A DNA stretch of 64,000 bases from positions 496,001 to 560,000 of the forward strand of contig CM022674.1 of assembly GCA_012295275.1 (NCBI GenBank), read 5' to 3'. The notes beneath the pieces are model-generated. The model saw only the letters and a list, made by a program, of their open reading frames with translations, was not told the origin of the DNA and ran no database searches. Positions 41,314-56,898 of this stretch are shown here, piece after piece. The translations under genes and the position numbers were made by a program. This DNA comes from Chrysomallon squamiferum (Eukaryota > Animalia > Mollusca). Every line of letters begins with the position of its first letter. The stretch's first letter is position 1.

Positions 41314-42053
41314 TGTGTGTGTGTGTGCATGCACACTGTATTAACTATGAGTCTATTCCTGTCAGAAGATATTTATGTTTTGAAAACAATAAAATAAAAA
41401 AGAAGGTATGTCTGTTATTTCAGGTATGTTTTATTAAAAGCTGGAGGATTGAAATTATCACTATTTTTATTTTGCTTGAGCATGTTGGTATGTATGTATG
41501 TATGTATGTGTTTGTCTGTTTGTCTAAATTGTATGTAGATGCATGTGTAGGCACATATGAACTTGTATCTGTATCTCATTAAAGTATATAGTTACATTAA
41601 TTACATAAAATAAAAAAACTATTTACTTTGATAATGTACACAGCTTCATGCTAATACACTGCATGCATGTGGGGGTTGGGGGTTATTTTTACGCAAACAC
41701 AAAATATGTAAATGAGATAAACACACGATAAATATTTACACAAACGTGTGTCTACTTTTGACACACATACTGACAGTCCGAAGAATTCAATTCATGTGGT
41801 TTCCACGGCAACTGCTTATTATCAAAAAGTGATAATCAGTTGAGTGAGATAACATGGTTTTGACAGCAGCATGTAATAAAAAAAAAAAACTCAAAGTGAT
41901 ATCAACACAGACAAACTGCTGTATGACGGACAGACAGACAAAGGATGCTTTCATTCCTCATGTTAAATACTCTTTAGATTCATACCAGACTTTTATACCA
42001 CAATTATTTTCTATTTGAGTGTGTGTGTACTGAATTGTAAACATGCAGAGCTA

Positions 42054-42115
<62 letters not shown>

Positions 42116-42511
42116 ATCTCTATTATTATTATTATTATTATTATTATTATCAACATTACTGTCATCATCACCATAGTCATCATCAATTATCAGAGAATAT
42201 GTGTTTTGTTATTAGATAACAAATAACAATAATAATATTAATTACTGCAGAAACATTAATACATAACAGCAACAATTTGTAATACTATCAATTAATACTA
42301 CATGTTTACCTGCTACTGTATATGTAATACAATATATATATATATATATACTTATTAAATACTTTGTAACACAATGTAAATATCTTCATTCAAGTTCTGT
42401 AATTCAAAGATTATCTAATACACACATATTTACCTGATCCATGTTATATATTTACCTATTAAATATTATATATTATCAAACAGCCTATTATATATGTGTT
42501 TGTGTGTGTAC

Positions 42512-42591
<80 letters not shown>

Positions 42592-43098
42592 GATAATATC
42601 CTGCTGCAAATGTCACATAAACTATAATTAAAATAACATGATATATATATATATATATATATATATATTACTGAGATCGTATTTCACCTGTGGTGTTTTT
42701 CCATTACTGGCAAAAGGTGAAAGAAAGTATACTGTAATTAAAGGTAAATAACAGCTGATAGATGATAGCATCTAGTTTTATCAGGTTTACTGAATTTGAT
42801 TCGACCATCTGGTTATCTTAAACATTAACATTTAGCCCCAGTTGCAGCATTATCAATCTGCCATTAGCTAAACGCCTGGCACAGTGTTTATGTGAGAAGC
42901 AGGAAGACACAGGATCTATTCATCTGAGCAGAATATACTTATTTGTTGTTGTAGTAGTTGTTGTTGTTTTCTTGTTATAGTAGTAGTGGTAGTAGAAGTA
43001 ACAGCAACAGTAACCATAGCAGTAGTAACAGCAACTTGTTACAGTTGTTAACCATAGCAGTAGTTGTAATACATGTTAGTAGTTGTTGTGTAGTAGTT

Positions 43099-43154
<56 letters not shown>

Positions 43155-45428
43155 TGATGTAGTAGTAGTAATAGTCAAAGTTGTAATAGTATTTAATTAA
43201 AAATATATACGTTTTATGCAGGGACCCACAAATGTTTTCTAAAAGGTGATGTTTATGTTTAATTCTTTTTTGTTTTTTAAATAAGAAATGTATACTGTTT
43301 ATTAACATGATTTTTTCTCTTATTCATATACATATATACCTTTACCTCTTAATTATCTACATTTTTACCAATATTCCCTGGAAAAAAGGTTTTCTTTTTT
43401 AATTTCATTTTTATTTTTATTTTTATTCCACATTCAATTTACACACGAACACTTTCTCACCTTTTTAGCTTTTACTCACACAGTAATCTTTCGCACTGTT
43501 TTTCTTTTCTCATTATCTCACCTGTATCACACAACACACCTGTGTGTGTCACTGCCCACAGACAGTACAGTGATACCAAAAACTCACATTAAACGGGTTT
43601 CCACTTAAAACATATATTTGCAAATAACCAAGATATACACACACGTTACCACTCACCTCACAGAGTACACCATATCATATTTTTATTAGTTTGTATATAC
43701 CATACCATAATATATATATATATATATATTCCTATTAAATGGTTGACTGCTAAGTGTATCTTTATGAATAGCTGCTGTTGACAATAACGCAGTGTTACAT
43801 ACTGTCTGCATGGAACAGCTGTTCCTAACATACAGGCAATAAATATGGTAATAAGATTTCATTCTGGAGGTGGTTTCTGCGATCAAGTGTGTTAGTTTAT
43901 CACAAACTGATCTCGAGAAGGAAGCGTCTTGATCAATCAGTTGTGTAAATCTACATAAAATGTTTCAAAAGAAAAAAAAAAAAAAGATTCCATGGGCTTG
44001 TCTATTAGGCAATTTATTGATGTGTTTGTAAGCAAGGTGTGTACGTCTGTGTGTGTGTATGTATAGTTTAATAAGAATTAAAGCAAAAATTTCCATTTAT
44101 ACATAATATTATTTTTCTGTAAGTGATAATAAATACCCAGTCTTCATGTACCAGTGTCTGTATTTATACATTTATGTATCAATAACAATTCATTAATTCA
44201 CATATTTATAACAGTTAATGAATAAATAATGAATTTCACTCTGGCAACAAATAATTAGATTCATTTGAAATAATTCATGGAAAAAAAAAAAAAAAATCTT
44301 ATTTCACAGCTAAAAAAATAAACCAACAGACAGAAAAAAAAAAAGATTTAATACAACTGGTGTGAAAAAAAAATTCACAATGATCAAACCTTTTTTTTTC
44401 TTCCTTATTTCAAAAAACCCCCAGAAGTATGTAATAACAGACAGAATAAGAAGACACACAAAATATATGTCAGACCAGAAATATACACTGACGTATGTAC
44501 GAACAGACAAATACTGTGACTCACCTGAAATAAATAACTGTAAGAACAGAAATATTCTTTTTTTTTTTTTTCTTATTTCAAGAACAGAATTATACACAGA
44601 CAGATATGCAGACAGATTTAAGCCAGTAATTCTACTAGAAAACAAACCTGATACGTTACACACAGATTATTTAAAAAATAAATAAAAATAAAAATAAAAA
44701 TGTGATCACGTCTTTGCAAATGGAGACACGAAGAATTCATTAATAAACGTGTTTTGCATTTAGACTTAAAGACGGCGCTGCTTCTAATTAACTTCCTGTT
44801 TCTGCTGAGTGAACCTGTCCGTTGGTCTCCCGTAGTTAAATCTGTCCGCGTACGTACAATGTCGCCAAGGTTAGGTCAACACCAACATCTACAGCGTTAA
44901 GTAAACCTTCACTCAGTGTCACGTTAAATAATAATTGTAGATACCAGAATCATAGTAATAGTATAAATAAAGATTTTTATTTATTTATTTATTTATTTAT
45001 TTTTATTTAATTTTGATGTAGTCCCATTGTTTTTTTTTTTTTATTTTTTTTTTTTTAGTACTTTATAATGTAATAAAGATCTAGATCCTTGTATATGATG
45101 TGTTTGTTTTAATACAAGATAGACTATATAGATAGATAGATAGAGAGAGAGAGAGAGACACACACACACAAAGTGACAAGACAGACAGAAAGTAAGAAAG
45201 TTTGAGAAGCAGCATAATACATTGTTATACACTGTATATAAGTTTGTTACATATATCAGACTGTGTTACCATGACTACCTTTGTTCAAAGTAAAACACTG
45301 TTTTCTTCAGTCCATTGTAATGATACTCATTGTAAATATTTTCACTTGAATGTACAAAGTGTGTTTATGTGTGTACGTGTATCTGTGTGTGTGATTGTGT
45401 AGATATATGAAGAGAATGTGTGTGTGTG

Positions 45429-45463
<35 letters not shown>

Positions 45464-45974
45464 GTTAGTGTGTACACATAATGTATGTGCTTATATAACT
45501 GACAATGTGTATACTTCCATAAAGACTTCACTGGGTTGGTTAATAGAGCATATTATTTTCAAAACAACAAAAATTACAAAATATTTTTAATCATTCCTTA
45601 AATTAAATTTTATACTAATCTGAATTATGTATCGGAGCATTATCTTCAGCTAAGAACATACTGATTTGTGGCAGAGAAAATCAAAACATATCAAAGTACT
45701 GACTGGTGAAAGAAAAGAGAAAAAAAAAAAAAAAAAACCCCATTATACAACTGCATAGGGCATGTGAAATATTTATCACAATAGAAAATTATCCCATATA
45801 TTCTCTAACACACAATCTATCATTACCTGCCATTAATACAGAAAAAAAAACAGAAAAAAAAACGAGTTACATTATAAACATCATATATCAAAATTATTTC
45901 ACACTTCTGTGACAGTTAATGAAAATAATCTAGCTGGAGAATTCTGCTCTGTGTTACTTCTTATTAATGGAACT

Positions 45975-46455
45975 GTGAGTTTAACAGAACAATATCAGAG
46001 CTGTGAGTTTAACAGAACAATATCAGAAAGTCTTAAAAGAACAATATCAGGCTGGAGTTTAACAGAACAATATCAGAAGGTCAGAAAGGTCTAGCAGTGA
46101 TGTAACATGATACAACAGCGATGATAAAATGATAGAACAATGATGATAACATGATAGAACAATGATGATAAAATGATAGAACAATGATAATAAAATGATA
46201 CAACAGTGATGGTAAAATGATAGAACAATGATAATAAAATGATACAATAATGATGATAAAATGATACAACAGTGATGATAAAATGATACAACAATAATGG
46301 TAACATGGTGTAACAGTGATAATAATATGATACAACAGTGATGATAATATGATACAACAGAGATGGTAAAATGAAACAAAGATAGTAACATGGTAGCTTA
46401 GAGACAATAGCATGGTACAAGAGTGATGCTAATGGGATACAACAGTGACAACAAC
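45975..46455. repeat. Adjacent minisatellites: GAGTTTAACAGAACAATATCAG (~4x), then ~22-bp TGATGATAAAATGATA(C/G)AACA(A/G) (many copies)
   Basis: Read directly. Confidence 0.9.
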
Positions 46456-46794
46456 AACTGCCACTACTACAACAACAGAAAATGTAGGCAATAACACAAG
46501 CTGTTTCAGGCTGATGCAAGCAACACACAAAAGCATCTCAGTAAAACACACTGTTACTAACAAAGAGACAGGTTTGTAAAAATAATCATTTGTAAACGAA
46601 AATCACCCATTGCTCTTACATGCCGAATTAAACTGAAGAATATGTCTCTTTATAGACAACAAATAATATTTAAAAAAATAAAATCATGAGTTAAAACTTT
46701 GAATAAAAATGTTAAAGCTAAGATATTAACTGTTTATGTTACAGAGGGAATTTTTTTTTTTTTTTTTTTTTTTTTTTTGCCATAAATGCATTGA

Positions 46795-46838
<44 letters not shown>

Positions 46839-47653
46839 AATTTGCTCCTAAATTTATTCAAGATTAATTAAATCATCATTTTTAATTACTGTAACAGCCT
46901 CTGTAAACAATAACAGGACTGGTGACAGTGATTTCTTTACAATTCTGCCTTCAGGCCATTTTTCCCATTACAAAGCATAATTGCATATATTTTGCCTGAA
47001 GCACGAAAAAGTGACATCCCCCAGTAACTTTATTATAAATTCCATGAACTTTATTTATTCATTACTGTCTTCTTTCCCCAAGTTAAACATAAAATTTAAT
47101 CAAAGTCGAAAAGAATCAATTCGTCAGACATGCACGACAATAATTTTTGTATCTCATCAACTCTCTTTGCAAATCTCAGCTAATTAAACTCGTTATTAGA
47201 ATCGAATACAAAACAAGGTAATCAAGATGGAAAAGAATCTTTTTTTTTTAATGTTTATTTCCTTGTTAACGTATTTAATGAAGAAAAAAGTGAAATGGAC
47301 AAATTGTTTGGAATTATCAAAGGACGTAAAGAATTATTGAAAATAAATGTCAGATTTTCATCTAGATTAGATTATAAAATATATATCTGTAGAGTTTCTT
47401 TAATTTTTATTTTATTTTTTTTATTTTTTTATTAAACATTAATACAAATTTTATGATAATAATAATAATGAACTAACAGTAATAGTGTTATTTTCATTAT
47501 TATTATTATTATTATTTCTTTGTTATTACTGATATAGTTATTTTCATTTATTTTTGATTTACTTAAAGTGAAATTATTCCTACACCAGCTTCAAAATATG
47601 TGTTGTGCCTGTGTGTATGCATGTGTGTGTCTGTGTGTATGCATGTGTGTGTG

Positions 47654-47693
<40 letters not shown>

Positions 47694-49231
47694 CGCACGC
47701 GTTTCTGGTTAAAAATGTCTTACCTTGTCTAACAGAAAGACAAACACATGTTACAAACCCTCTTACAGGTAAACAAAGTAACCCAGCTTTTGATTATAAT
47801 CATTAATTTCATACAGCAAATATCAGCATTTTGTTTATAATAATTACTTTCTGTAAACAATATCCCAGGTATCAGTTTCACCTTACTAATCAGCAGGTAC
47901 CATTCACCTGAACATGCTGTACAGGTGTGTGTGGGTGTGTTTGTATGACCGGTCTAGGTGTATTAACATTTTTTGTTCACAAGCTATTTTAGATATTTTT
48001 TATTTTATTTCAAATTGTTATTTGTAGGCATGAAAATTTTGTATATATACCGAAACATTTGATACACACACACACACATTCATACAAAAATGCTATATAT
48101 GTACACACACAGAGACAAACACAAATATGCATGTATACACTTCTATATATGCCCATAAACACATACATATACATCCATTCACAAACATACACAATTTACA
48201 TAATACATACATACAAACAGACATTCAGAAAATACATACCAACTTGCACAGGTGGATTTTTGTTATACCTCATTTCAGTTTTTTTTTTTTTCTTTTTCGG
48301 TTTTTTTTTTGTATCCATTCTTTAAACTTCACTGTAACCATGACTACTAACCCTATGACATCATCACCGAATGTAAGATGGTGTTCACACCTTTGTCCAG
48401 CACAATTAGCAGACTGTACAGAGATTCTGCCAAACTGTTCTCCCTGCCTAACAAGCTGAGTTACAGACCTGTGTTACCTGATGAAAGGTGTTGGCAAGTC
48501 ACAGTATGTCACTTACAGGTAAACACAACTCACCACCAGCAAAATGCAACTTTAGTGAAGGCTTCACTTCTTGTAATAGCAAACATTCTGTTATATGTAG
48601 TATTAAAATATAGGTACAATATATGTGTGTGTGTGTTATATATATATATATATATACACACTCACACACACACACATATATATATACATACACACACACA
48701 TACTCATTTGTATATATATATATATAAATATATATAACTAATGAAGATGATGTAAATACTGTTATTATTATTACTATTACCACTACTACTAGTAATAATA
48801 ATAATAATATTAATAACAATAACAATAATAATACCAAATCAATAAACAAGAATATGTATTAATTAAAAAAATGGTTGAAAATACTTTGTGATTATTATTT
48901 GTATACAAGTATATATAGTAAATTATATTTAACAAACACACAATACACACAGCAGGTACAAATGTAGCTTTATAATGTATTCTAAAGGTAAACATACATA
49001 ATTATACATAAATACATGGATTCTGCCATAATTAGTTTCTTGACAGTTCACTTAATTATGCTACACAATAACAAATCTGATAATCTCAGATTACAGATGA
49101 TAATGATAAGAAAAATGATGACAAGAATGATAATGACAATGATTATTAATAAGATGTGAAACCTTCCATTTCACAGTTTATTAATTAATTATTAACCAAA
49201 GAAATTCAACAGCAATATAATAAAGACCTAG

Positions 49232-49266
<35 letters not shown>

Positions 49267-49961
49267 GTGTTATTATCATCATTGTCTTCACTTTTATTCA
49301 AAACAAAACCCCTTTTTAAAAAAACTGCTTATGACCTGAAACTTTACAATACTGAAATATTTCAGTATCATTTAACAAAAGCAATTATTATTGTTATTGT
49401 TATTATTATTATTATTATTAGATTATTATTACTACTGTTATTATCAAAAGCAGAATTAATAATGTTCTCTAGCAACTAAATTACAAACTGTAAAATCTAC
49501 AATAGTGAAATACTTCCAACAGCAACCAATATCAAGAATGTTCCTTAGCAACCACATCAGTAACTGAGAACAACTTACAATAATTCAAATAGTTTAACAC
49601 TGTCTGTAATTAAAATTACCACAGTTATCATACACTGATCTATACATGAATGTATAAATACAGTTTAATGTGTCTACAAGCAAATATATGGCATAAACAC
49701 ATAATTATAAATGCATGTGAAATTAATTTAGTTTCTTTTATAATAATTCTGGGTACAGTTGGTATGAATATGTAAATATAATGTGTGTATAATTTTGTGC
49801 ATAGTTGTGCATGTGTATATGATATTATGTGTCTGTTCATGAATGTATGGATGAATGTATGGATGTATGTGTGTATATGTATGTTATGTACACGCATGCA
49901 AGTAAATATGTTTGTATCTACATATATATATATATATATATATATACTCACACACACACAC

Positions 49962-50002
<41 letters not shown>

Positions 50003-50855
50003 CACACACACATATATATATACACATACACACACATATATATATATACACATACACACACACACATATATATATACTCACACACACACACACACATATA
50101 TATATACACATACAATATATATATATACACATACACACACACATGCACATGAACTTATTATTTTAATAATGCAGTGGTTATGATATACATACTCATCATC
50201 ACTTTACATATCTGAATTTATTTTGCTGTTTATCCTGAATACCAAATACTAACATTAAACATTAATGCTTTTTCAAATTCTTTATATATATATTTTTTTT
50301 TTTTTTCAGTCATCCAAACTGAAGCTTTCTTCTCATAAATAAATAAACAACAAACAAAACAAAACAAAACATGCATGAAAATAATTACGCTTTGAAAACA
50401 CAGTAAGTTAATTTCGGGACATTAATTACTTTGACTGCTTTTTTTTTTTTTTTGTCTTTGATTTGCACTGATGTATGTTAATTATCTGCGTAACCTTATT
50501 GATTGATCGTAATACACCTTCCTTTCACCAAGTTCAGGTGGTGACTGGGGTGAGGCAAAGTGTCAGAGATGATCATTCAATAACCAGGACATGCAATAAT
50601 CAGAACAGACAGACAGGCAGATGTATGGACGTTTATTTTTCTAAATAATTATTTATCATATGCGGCTACTTTCAGAATAATTATTTACATTTCTTTGTTA
50701 GTTTTGCAAGGATTCTTCTTTTTTTTTTATTGTTATTCGTTTATATTTACTGCTGTTATTAATAATTAAATTGTAAAAATATTTCTAATAAAAACTCTGT
50801 TTGCTTCATAATTTTTATTATGTTCATTTTGCCATAACCATAATTATAATTTTTA

Positions 50856-50893
<38 letters not shown>

Positions 50894-51429
50894 ATGATGT
50901 TTAAATTTTTTATTTATATATCTTATATAAGTAATAAAGTGATGAAATTTTGCGATACTGATTATCATTCTTATTTATTTATTTACTTTTTTCTTTTAAC
51001 AAAATGATGATCATTTTTGTATAAAACCTATTTTATTATTTATAATCCTTAGAATTATTCTTTTTTATCCTATTCTGATCATTATTTCACATAACAATCT
51101 CTGATAAATTGTGTTAAGTTAATTTAGTGTTGATATGATGTGACATTTGTTGCTGTTTTCTCTAACATATAATCAATGGTTTATATTAGCTTTTCATCGA
51201 GATTTGAATTCCCTCGAAATCTGTTGAAATCAATATTATTAAACAATGACAGTAGAAGGATCACTGCTGTCATTTTTCTGACACTGAGGACTGTCAAAAT
51301 TATTATTATTATTATTAATTTTAGATGCATGGTAAATGTAGTTATTATAATATTTATAATTACATAATAGTAATACTGACAGCAGAAAGTCAGTACAAAT
51401 GTACTATAATTAACAATAAAGTCCTGTGT

Positions 51430-51472
<43 letters not shown>

Positions 51473-51512
51473 TTATTGAACAATATTATAATAATAAAAT
51501 ATTACAAACTGA

Positions 51513-51544
<32 letters not shown>

Positions 51545-51732
51545 TATGTATTTCACCTGTTCAAATACCTAAATATACCACAAACGATCGTTAAGCCTGT
51601 GGTTTATACACGAACGTTAAACATTGTTTATTTATCCTTTCCGTGGTGACGTAACAAAACACGGCGTTATATAAACGAAACTCGGGTCAGCCCTCCTTAT
51701 CCCTGCCCTCCCGCCCCCAGCAACTAGCTTAC

Positions 51733-51820
51733 CTCTCAGGTCTTCGGGGTCGTCGTCGCTCTGAAATTCCGTCTGCTCACTGCGGCCGTCCACAGTAAAA
51801 TAAACCACTTTCGTCGTCAT
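51733..51820 (-). CDS. PDE9A: PDE9 coding exon 1 (MTTKVVYFTVDGRSEQTEFQSDDDPEDLR, ends phase 1)
   Basis: ATG with an in-frame upstream TGA at 51857-51859; donor AG|GTAAGC; resembles the PDE9A N-terminal IYLDIDGR segment; phase fits exon 2. Confidence 0.85.
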
Positions 51821-52149
51821 CTTAAATCTTCTTCTGCCGCTGCAAAACCGACGACTTCAGCAAATCCGTGCTGTGTATAACCACATGGCGTAGATTTCGC
51901 TCTCTCGCTCTCTCTCTCTTTCTCTCTCTCTCTTTTTTTTTTTTTTTTCCCTTCCTGCTACTTCTAAATAACAACAACAACAACAACCCCGTAAGTAAAC
52001 AGCAGACGTTGCTGGTTGCGTTAAACTTTTCTCTCTTCTTCTTCTTTTTCTTCTTTTTTTTTTTAAAATTTTTTTTGGTTATTTACCCTCTGTTGTCACA
52101 AAACGATCGTATCGTACTCCGAGAGTATTTTCTTGCCACACTAATGTAA

Positions 52150-52400
52150 CAGTATTAGCGAAAACGCCTCCATTTCATAGTAATTTCTGCCGTTATTATA
52201 TATTTTTTTCCTCCTGTTTTTTTTTTTTTTCTTCTCCGTTATCGCTACATCGGCTCAAGAAAACTCCAGCTATTGTGCCGACCCATCGCAAACTGACGTA
52301 CATATATCTCACTCGCTGTTTCCTCTTCGGCTTGCGTTGTCACGTGACCTGCCGAGTTCAGCCGAACACTTCTTCGCAACAGCATTATAATTACTATGGT
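52150..52400. promoter_or_regulatory. Candidate proximal promoter of PDE9 (CpG-containing; palindromic E-box GTCACGTGAC at 52339-52348)
   Basis: Local CpG/GC rise 350-600 nt upstream of the ATG; motif read directly; function inferred. Confidence 0.45.
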
Positions 52401-52900
52401 AAGCTTTCAGTAACATACAAAGGTTTGACATTTCCGCTTTAAGTTAATAATTGGGTTTTTTTAAAACAAATGTGCTATTTACTCTCTTATTTATTTTAGT
52501 CTGTGTTGCTATTTTGTTTAATGTGGCATTTGTTTAAGGTGAACAAGAATTATTATTTGTAGCGTTAAAGATATATGGCTAATGTTTCTTTTATTCGTTT
52601 TTCTTTCGTTGCTTTCGTTCTTTCTTTCTTTATTCATATATTTTATTTTATTTTATTTTATTTTATTTATTTATTTATTATTATTAATTTAAATTTACAT
52701 TATTATATTATCATGTGTGTATGTCTGCGTTCAAAGTGTAGGTGTGTGTCTATATGTAAAGGAAATTAGTAGAAGAAATGAATATCTAAACTATTCTGTA
52801 TAAATTCATTTTTTTTAAATGATGAATGTTTAAATGTCTAAAAACATGACATAAATACATATCTCCACACATTACATTAGGAACATCATATATTAACAGT

Positions 52901-53006
<106 letters not shown>

Positions 53007-53847
53007 TTCTATAAAACATAAGACGTAACTGTGAACTATATATCTCAGAGAACAATTTGTAAAGTTCTGGTATATTCTAACCAGTTGAAAAACAAAACAT
53101 CATTAATTACAACCGTAGCGAAAATGCGGTCACTGGCAATGTTAAGTATATTTCACTCTGTCACTCACGAGATTCGAGAATGTAGTGTTTCGTATATCTG
53201 CAGTAAGTTTATTCATTTATTTTACTTGCTACTACTATTACTACTACTACTACTACTACTACTACTGTTACTATTACTACAACTATTACTACAACCATAT
53301 TACTGTTATTTATCATTATTATTCTTCTTGTTGTTGTTATTCCTATTACTATCATCATCACCATCATTATTATTATTATTATTCATATTATTATAATTAT
53401 GCACAACACATAGGCAGTTATATATGTATGTGTGCGTGTGTGTGCGTGTGCGTGTCTGCCTGTCTATTTATCTATCTAGACATATTCTAGAACATATTTT
53501 ATCGTTATCTAGCACTTTTCAACCTTTGAATTTTCGCGACCTATAATGTATCGGGCGAACCTGTTTAATGAATGTGTTACTTCATACATGATTGATTGGC
53601 CGATCGTTGCAAGGTTAAAATCAAATATTTCACATGTCTGACAGTCTATTCTGTCACACAGAAAATTCCGCTGATTTAGTTTGTCAGTGTGCGTCTGAAT
53701 ATTGGAGAGAATTTAATTGATACTGCTATAAGTTTAGCTTCTGTTTGTATGGTTGGCTGCTTGGTTATTTATTTATTTTTTGTTTGTTTGTTTGTTTGTT
53801 TGTTTGTTTGTGTGTTTATTTTATTTAGTTAGTTAGATAGATAGTAT

Positions 53848-53882
<35 letters not shown>

Positions 53883-54342
53883 TTCATTCATTTAATTGTT
53901 TAAATTGCTTGATTTTTCTTTTTGTACATATTATTTTTGTTAGTTGTTGTTGCTATTATTATTATTTTATTATTATTATTGTTGTTGTTATTGTCTTCTT
54001 CTTCTTCTTCTTCTTCTTCTTATTATTATTATTATTATTATTTTATTATAATTTCGTTATCGTATTAGTAATTCTATTATTAGCAGTAGTAGTTGTTGTT
54101 GTAAAAGTAATAGCTGTAGTAGTAGTAGTAGTAAAAGCAGCAGCAGTTGTAATAACAGTAGTTCGTGTTATTTTAGTAGTATTAGCAGCAACTACTGCAG
54201 CAGCTAACAACAGGTATAGTAGAGGAGATAGTAGTATTTCTAGTAATAATAAAAGTAACTGTCCTCTTCGTCGTTATTATTGTTTCATTATTATAAACTG
54301 TCGTTACTTCATTATAATATTAATAGTATTACAATCGCTTAC

Positions 54343-54610
54343 CTTCAGTTAGTTTCGAAATCTTTAAAATTCAAACAGGAGTAAGTATATCCATCCTTAT
54401 TCACGCACGATCTCAAGTTACGTCCTTTCTGAAGTAAAATAGCTTTTCAAAATAATCGTCGTGACGTCGAAGTATTGTTGACGTCATTCGAACGTTTCCG
54501 TAGGATGTCGCTCCCTTCGGATTTCGTGCACTTCCGGCGAACTATGTCTTTGAAAGTAAATAAATGAATTTAGTTACGAAATTCGTAATTTTGTGAAACG
54601 ACGTTTGAGT
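54343..54610 (-). promoter_or_regulatory. Candidate distal promoter with a non-coding first exon (donor AAG|GTAAGC at 54343/54342)
   Basis: CpG-rich block with CRE TGACGTCA (54479-54486), near-CRE at 54462 and ETS-like CACTTCCGG (~54529-54537); consensus donor; candidate acceptor TTTTGCAG| at 51840/51839. Confidence 0.4.
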
Positions 54611-54743
54611 ATTTTACATTAGGTGTGGGTTCGTATGTGTCTATGTTTTGTTTCTTATATTTCTTCAGTTATATATTTATTTTTTATTATTATTAATTTT
54701 TTAAAATCATTTACTTATTCATTATTATTTTTAGTTTTTGTTA

Positions 54744-54793
<50 letters not shown>

Positions 54794-55798
54794 GATGGTG
54801 TTGTTGTTTTTCTTGTTTTGTTATTACTTTTGTTGTTGTTGTTGTTGTTGCTGGTATTATCATGATAGTCGTAGTTGTCGTTGTAGTCTTCATTGTTGCT
54901 GCTGATGATGATGATCATGACGATGTTGTTGTTATTGATTTTATCGTGCATTCTTCGGTCACCATCACAGCATTCTTCAGTGTTATTATTTAGTTATCTC
55001 TTAGTTAATATCTGACAGGGCGTTATTAAAGGATCAAATTAAAATAAAACAATAATTATAACCAAACGGACGTTCAGTCAAACAAACAAACCTGGCGACG
55101 TAAATATCAACATGACAGATCTGATCGCATTGCGTTCCGCTTAATAAACAACAGCGCGACCCCCGCGTCAAATCTTTTCACTTAATCATGCATAAAACCA
55201 GCTTACACACGAACGTTTGTGTCCGACGGTTGTTTGACCATTCCGCTAGTATTCGGCTCCGCTAAAAAGCGGAATGCTAACCGCAGATTGAAAACTAATT
55301 ATGACACGGTATATTGCAGCAGCAGACAATAAAATAATAATAATAATAAATAAAAAAATCAGTCAAGCGTTGGAAGCCGCAAAATGTTATTCATGAAACG
55401 GAACAAATAAACAAACAAAACAAAAGACTCGGCTGTAGCGAAAGATTGTTTCTGTGCTTACGGTTGTTTGTCATCTGTGTTGCTCGTATAGCGGCGTCTA
55501 CGTTCGTTTCTGAGAATAACACAAAAAATTAAATTTTATATATTTTTTCTATTTTTTTTTTAATCGATCTGTCGATAATGAAACAGACACAGAAAGGTGG
55601 CTAAATAGAAGAATGGATGGATTGGTGGGTGGGTGGATGGATGGGTGGAAAGATGAAGGATCAAACGGACGAAAATGGATCGATGGAAAGACAGAAGTAA
55701 TCATGGATAGATGGATGAACAGATAGATAACGAAAGAGATAATCAGAGGGAGAAAGATTTGACAAATATAAATAGACAAACAACAGGCAAAATGATAC

Positions 55799-55835
<37 letters not shown>

Positions 55836-56149
55836 TGGACAGCTTTATAAATACACAGATAAACAGATTGGTAGACAATCAATAATTAGGAAGAAAACAT
55901 AATACATAAAAACTGTGTTTAGATGTAATTTAGAATTTCTGTTCGCTCGTTTTTATTAATTGCTCGAGATACTGAGCTAATGCCTTTCAAACACGGCCTG
56001 CGGATAAGGCTACGATTCCTGAAAGAAAAGTAGACAAATTTCACATCATTAGATTTTATTGTTATTTTTATTTTTTATTATTTTCATTCAGCCGTATCAC
56101 TCTACTCCGGAAATTCACGCGCTGTGGTATAAAAACAGCTTGCCCAGTT

Positions 56150-56163
56150 GTTTCCATGGCAAC
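56150..56163. promoter_or_regulatory. RFX X-box GTTTCCATGGCAAC in a CpG-rich block (56090-56400)
   Basis: Exact match to the X-box consensus GTHNYY-AT-RRNAAC. Confidence 0.55.
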
Positions 56164-56453
56164 CCGACAGGCCGAGAGAGTCTGTTTACGTCACTGCAGA
56201 ACGGAAGCAGATGTAGCAACAAATGAAAGATGTCTCGCGAAGATCGACAGCAGGGCGAATCTGGCAGCGATGTCGAAGACTCGCGAAGAAATTTGTTTTA
56301 ATATCGGCTACTGAGACTTACACGGCTCTTGGCAGTTTTCAGCTTTACAGTCTGATGTGAAATTAATTACAGCTTGTAAAGTTCGGAAAGCGTTTGCCAG
56401 TTTATTTCATTTCATTTAAAAAAAAAAAAAATTTGTTTCATTGTTCGTATAAA

Positions 56454-56498
<45 letters not shown>

Positions 56499-56864
56499 TG
56501 ACCGTTTTTTTTTTGTTGTTGTTATTTTTAACTTCTTTTCTTTTTCTTACATTGTTTATAAAAAAAATTGATTTTCCTGACATTCCGTTTTCTTTCTAAG
56601 TCGTATACGTTTATTTCGATTACATTGTACACAGTTTTAAAGAGCTATTAATACTGATTATGATAAAATGAATGAAGCTACAGGGTTGGTTGGTTGCCTG
56701 TATTCTCACAAAGCTGATGAAAGGGCAAACACTAAAAATATGTGTATACTTTACAGCAAACGAAAAGTAAACTAAAACAACAACAAAGGCAACAATTGTT
56801 CTTTAGTCAGATACGCATATATAACCATTCAGATATAGGTATACAATGAGAGAGAGAAAGAGAG

Positions 56865-56865
56865 A

Positions 56866-56898
<33 letters not shown>

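Noticed and set aside
55239-55276. 9-bp inverted repeat CATTCCGCT/AGCGGAATG
   Set aside because: Too short to distinguish from chance; no tRNA or miRNA features.
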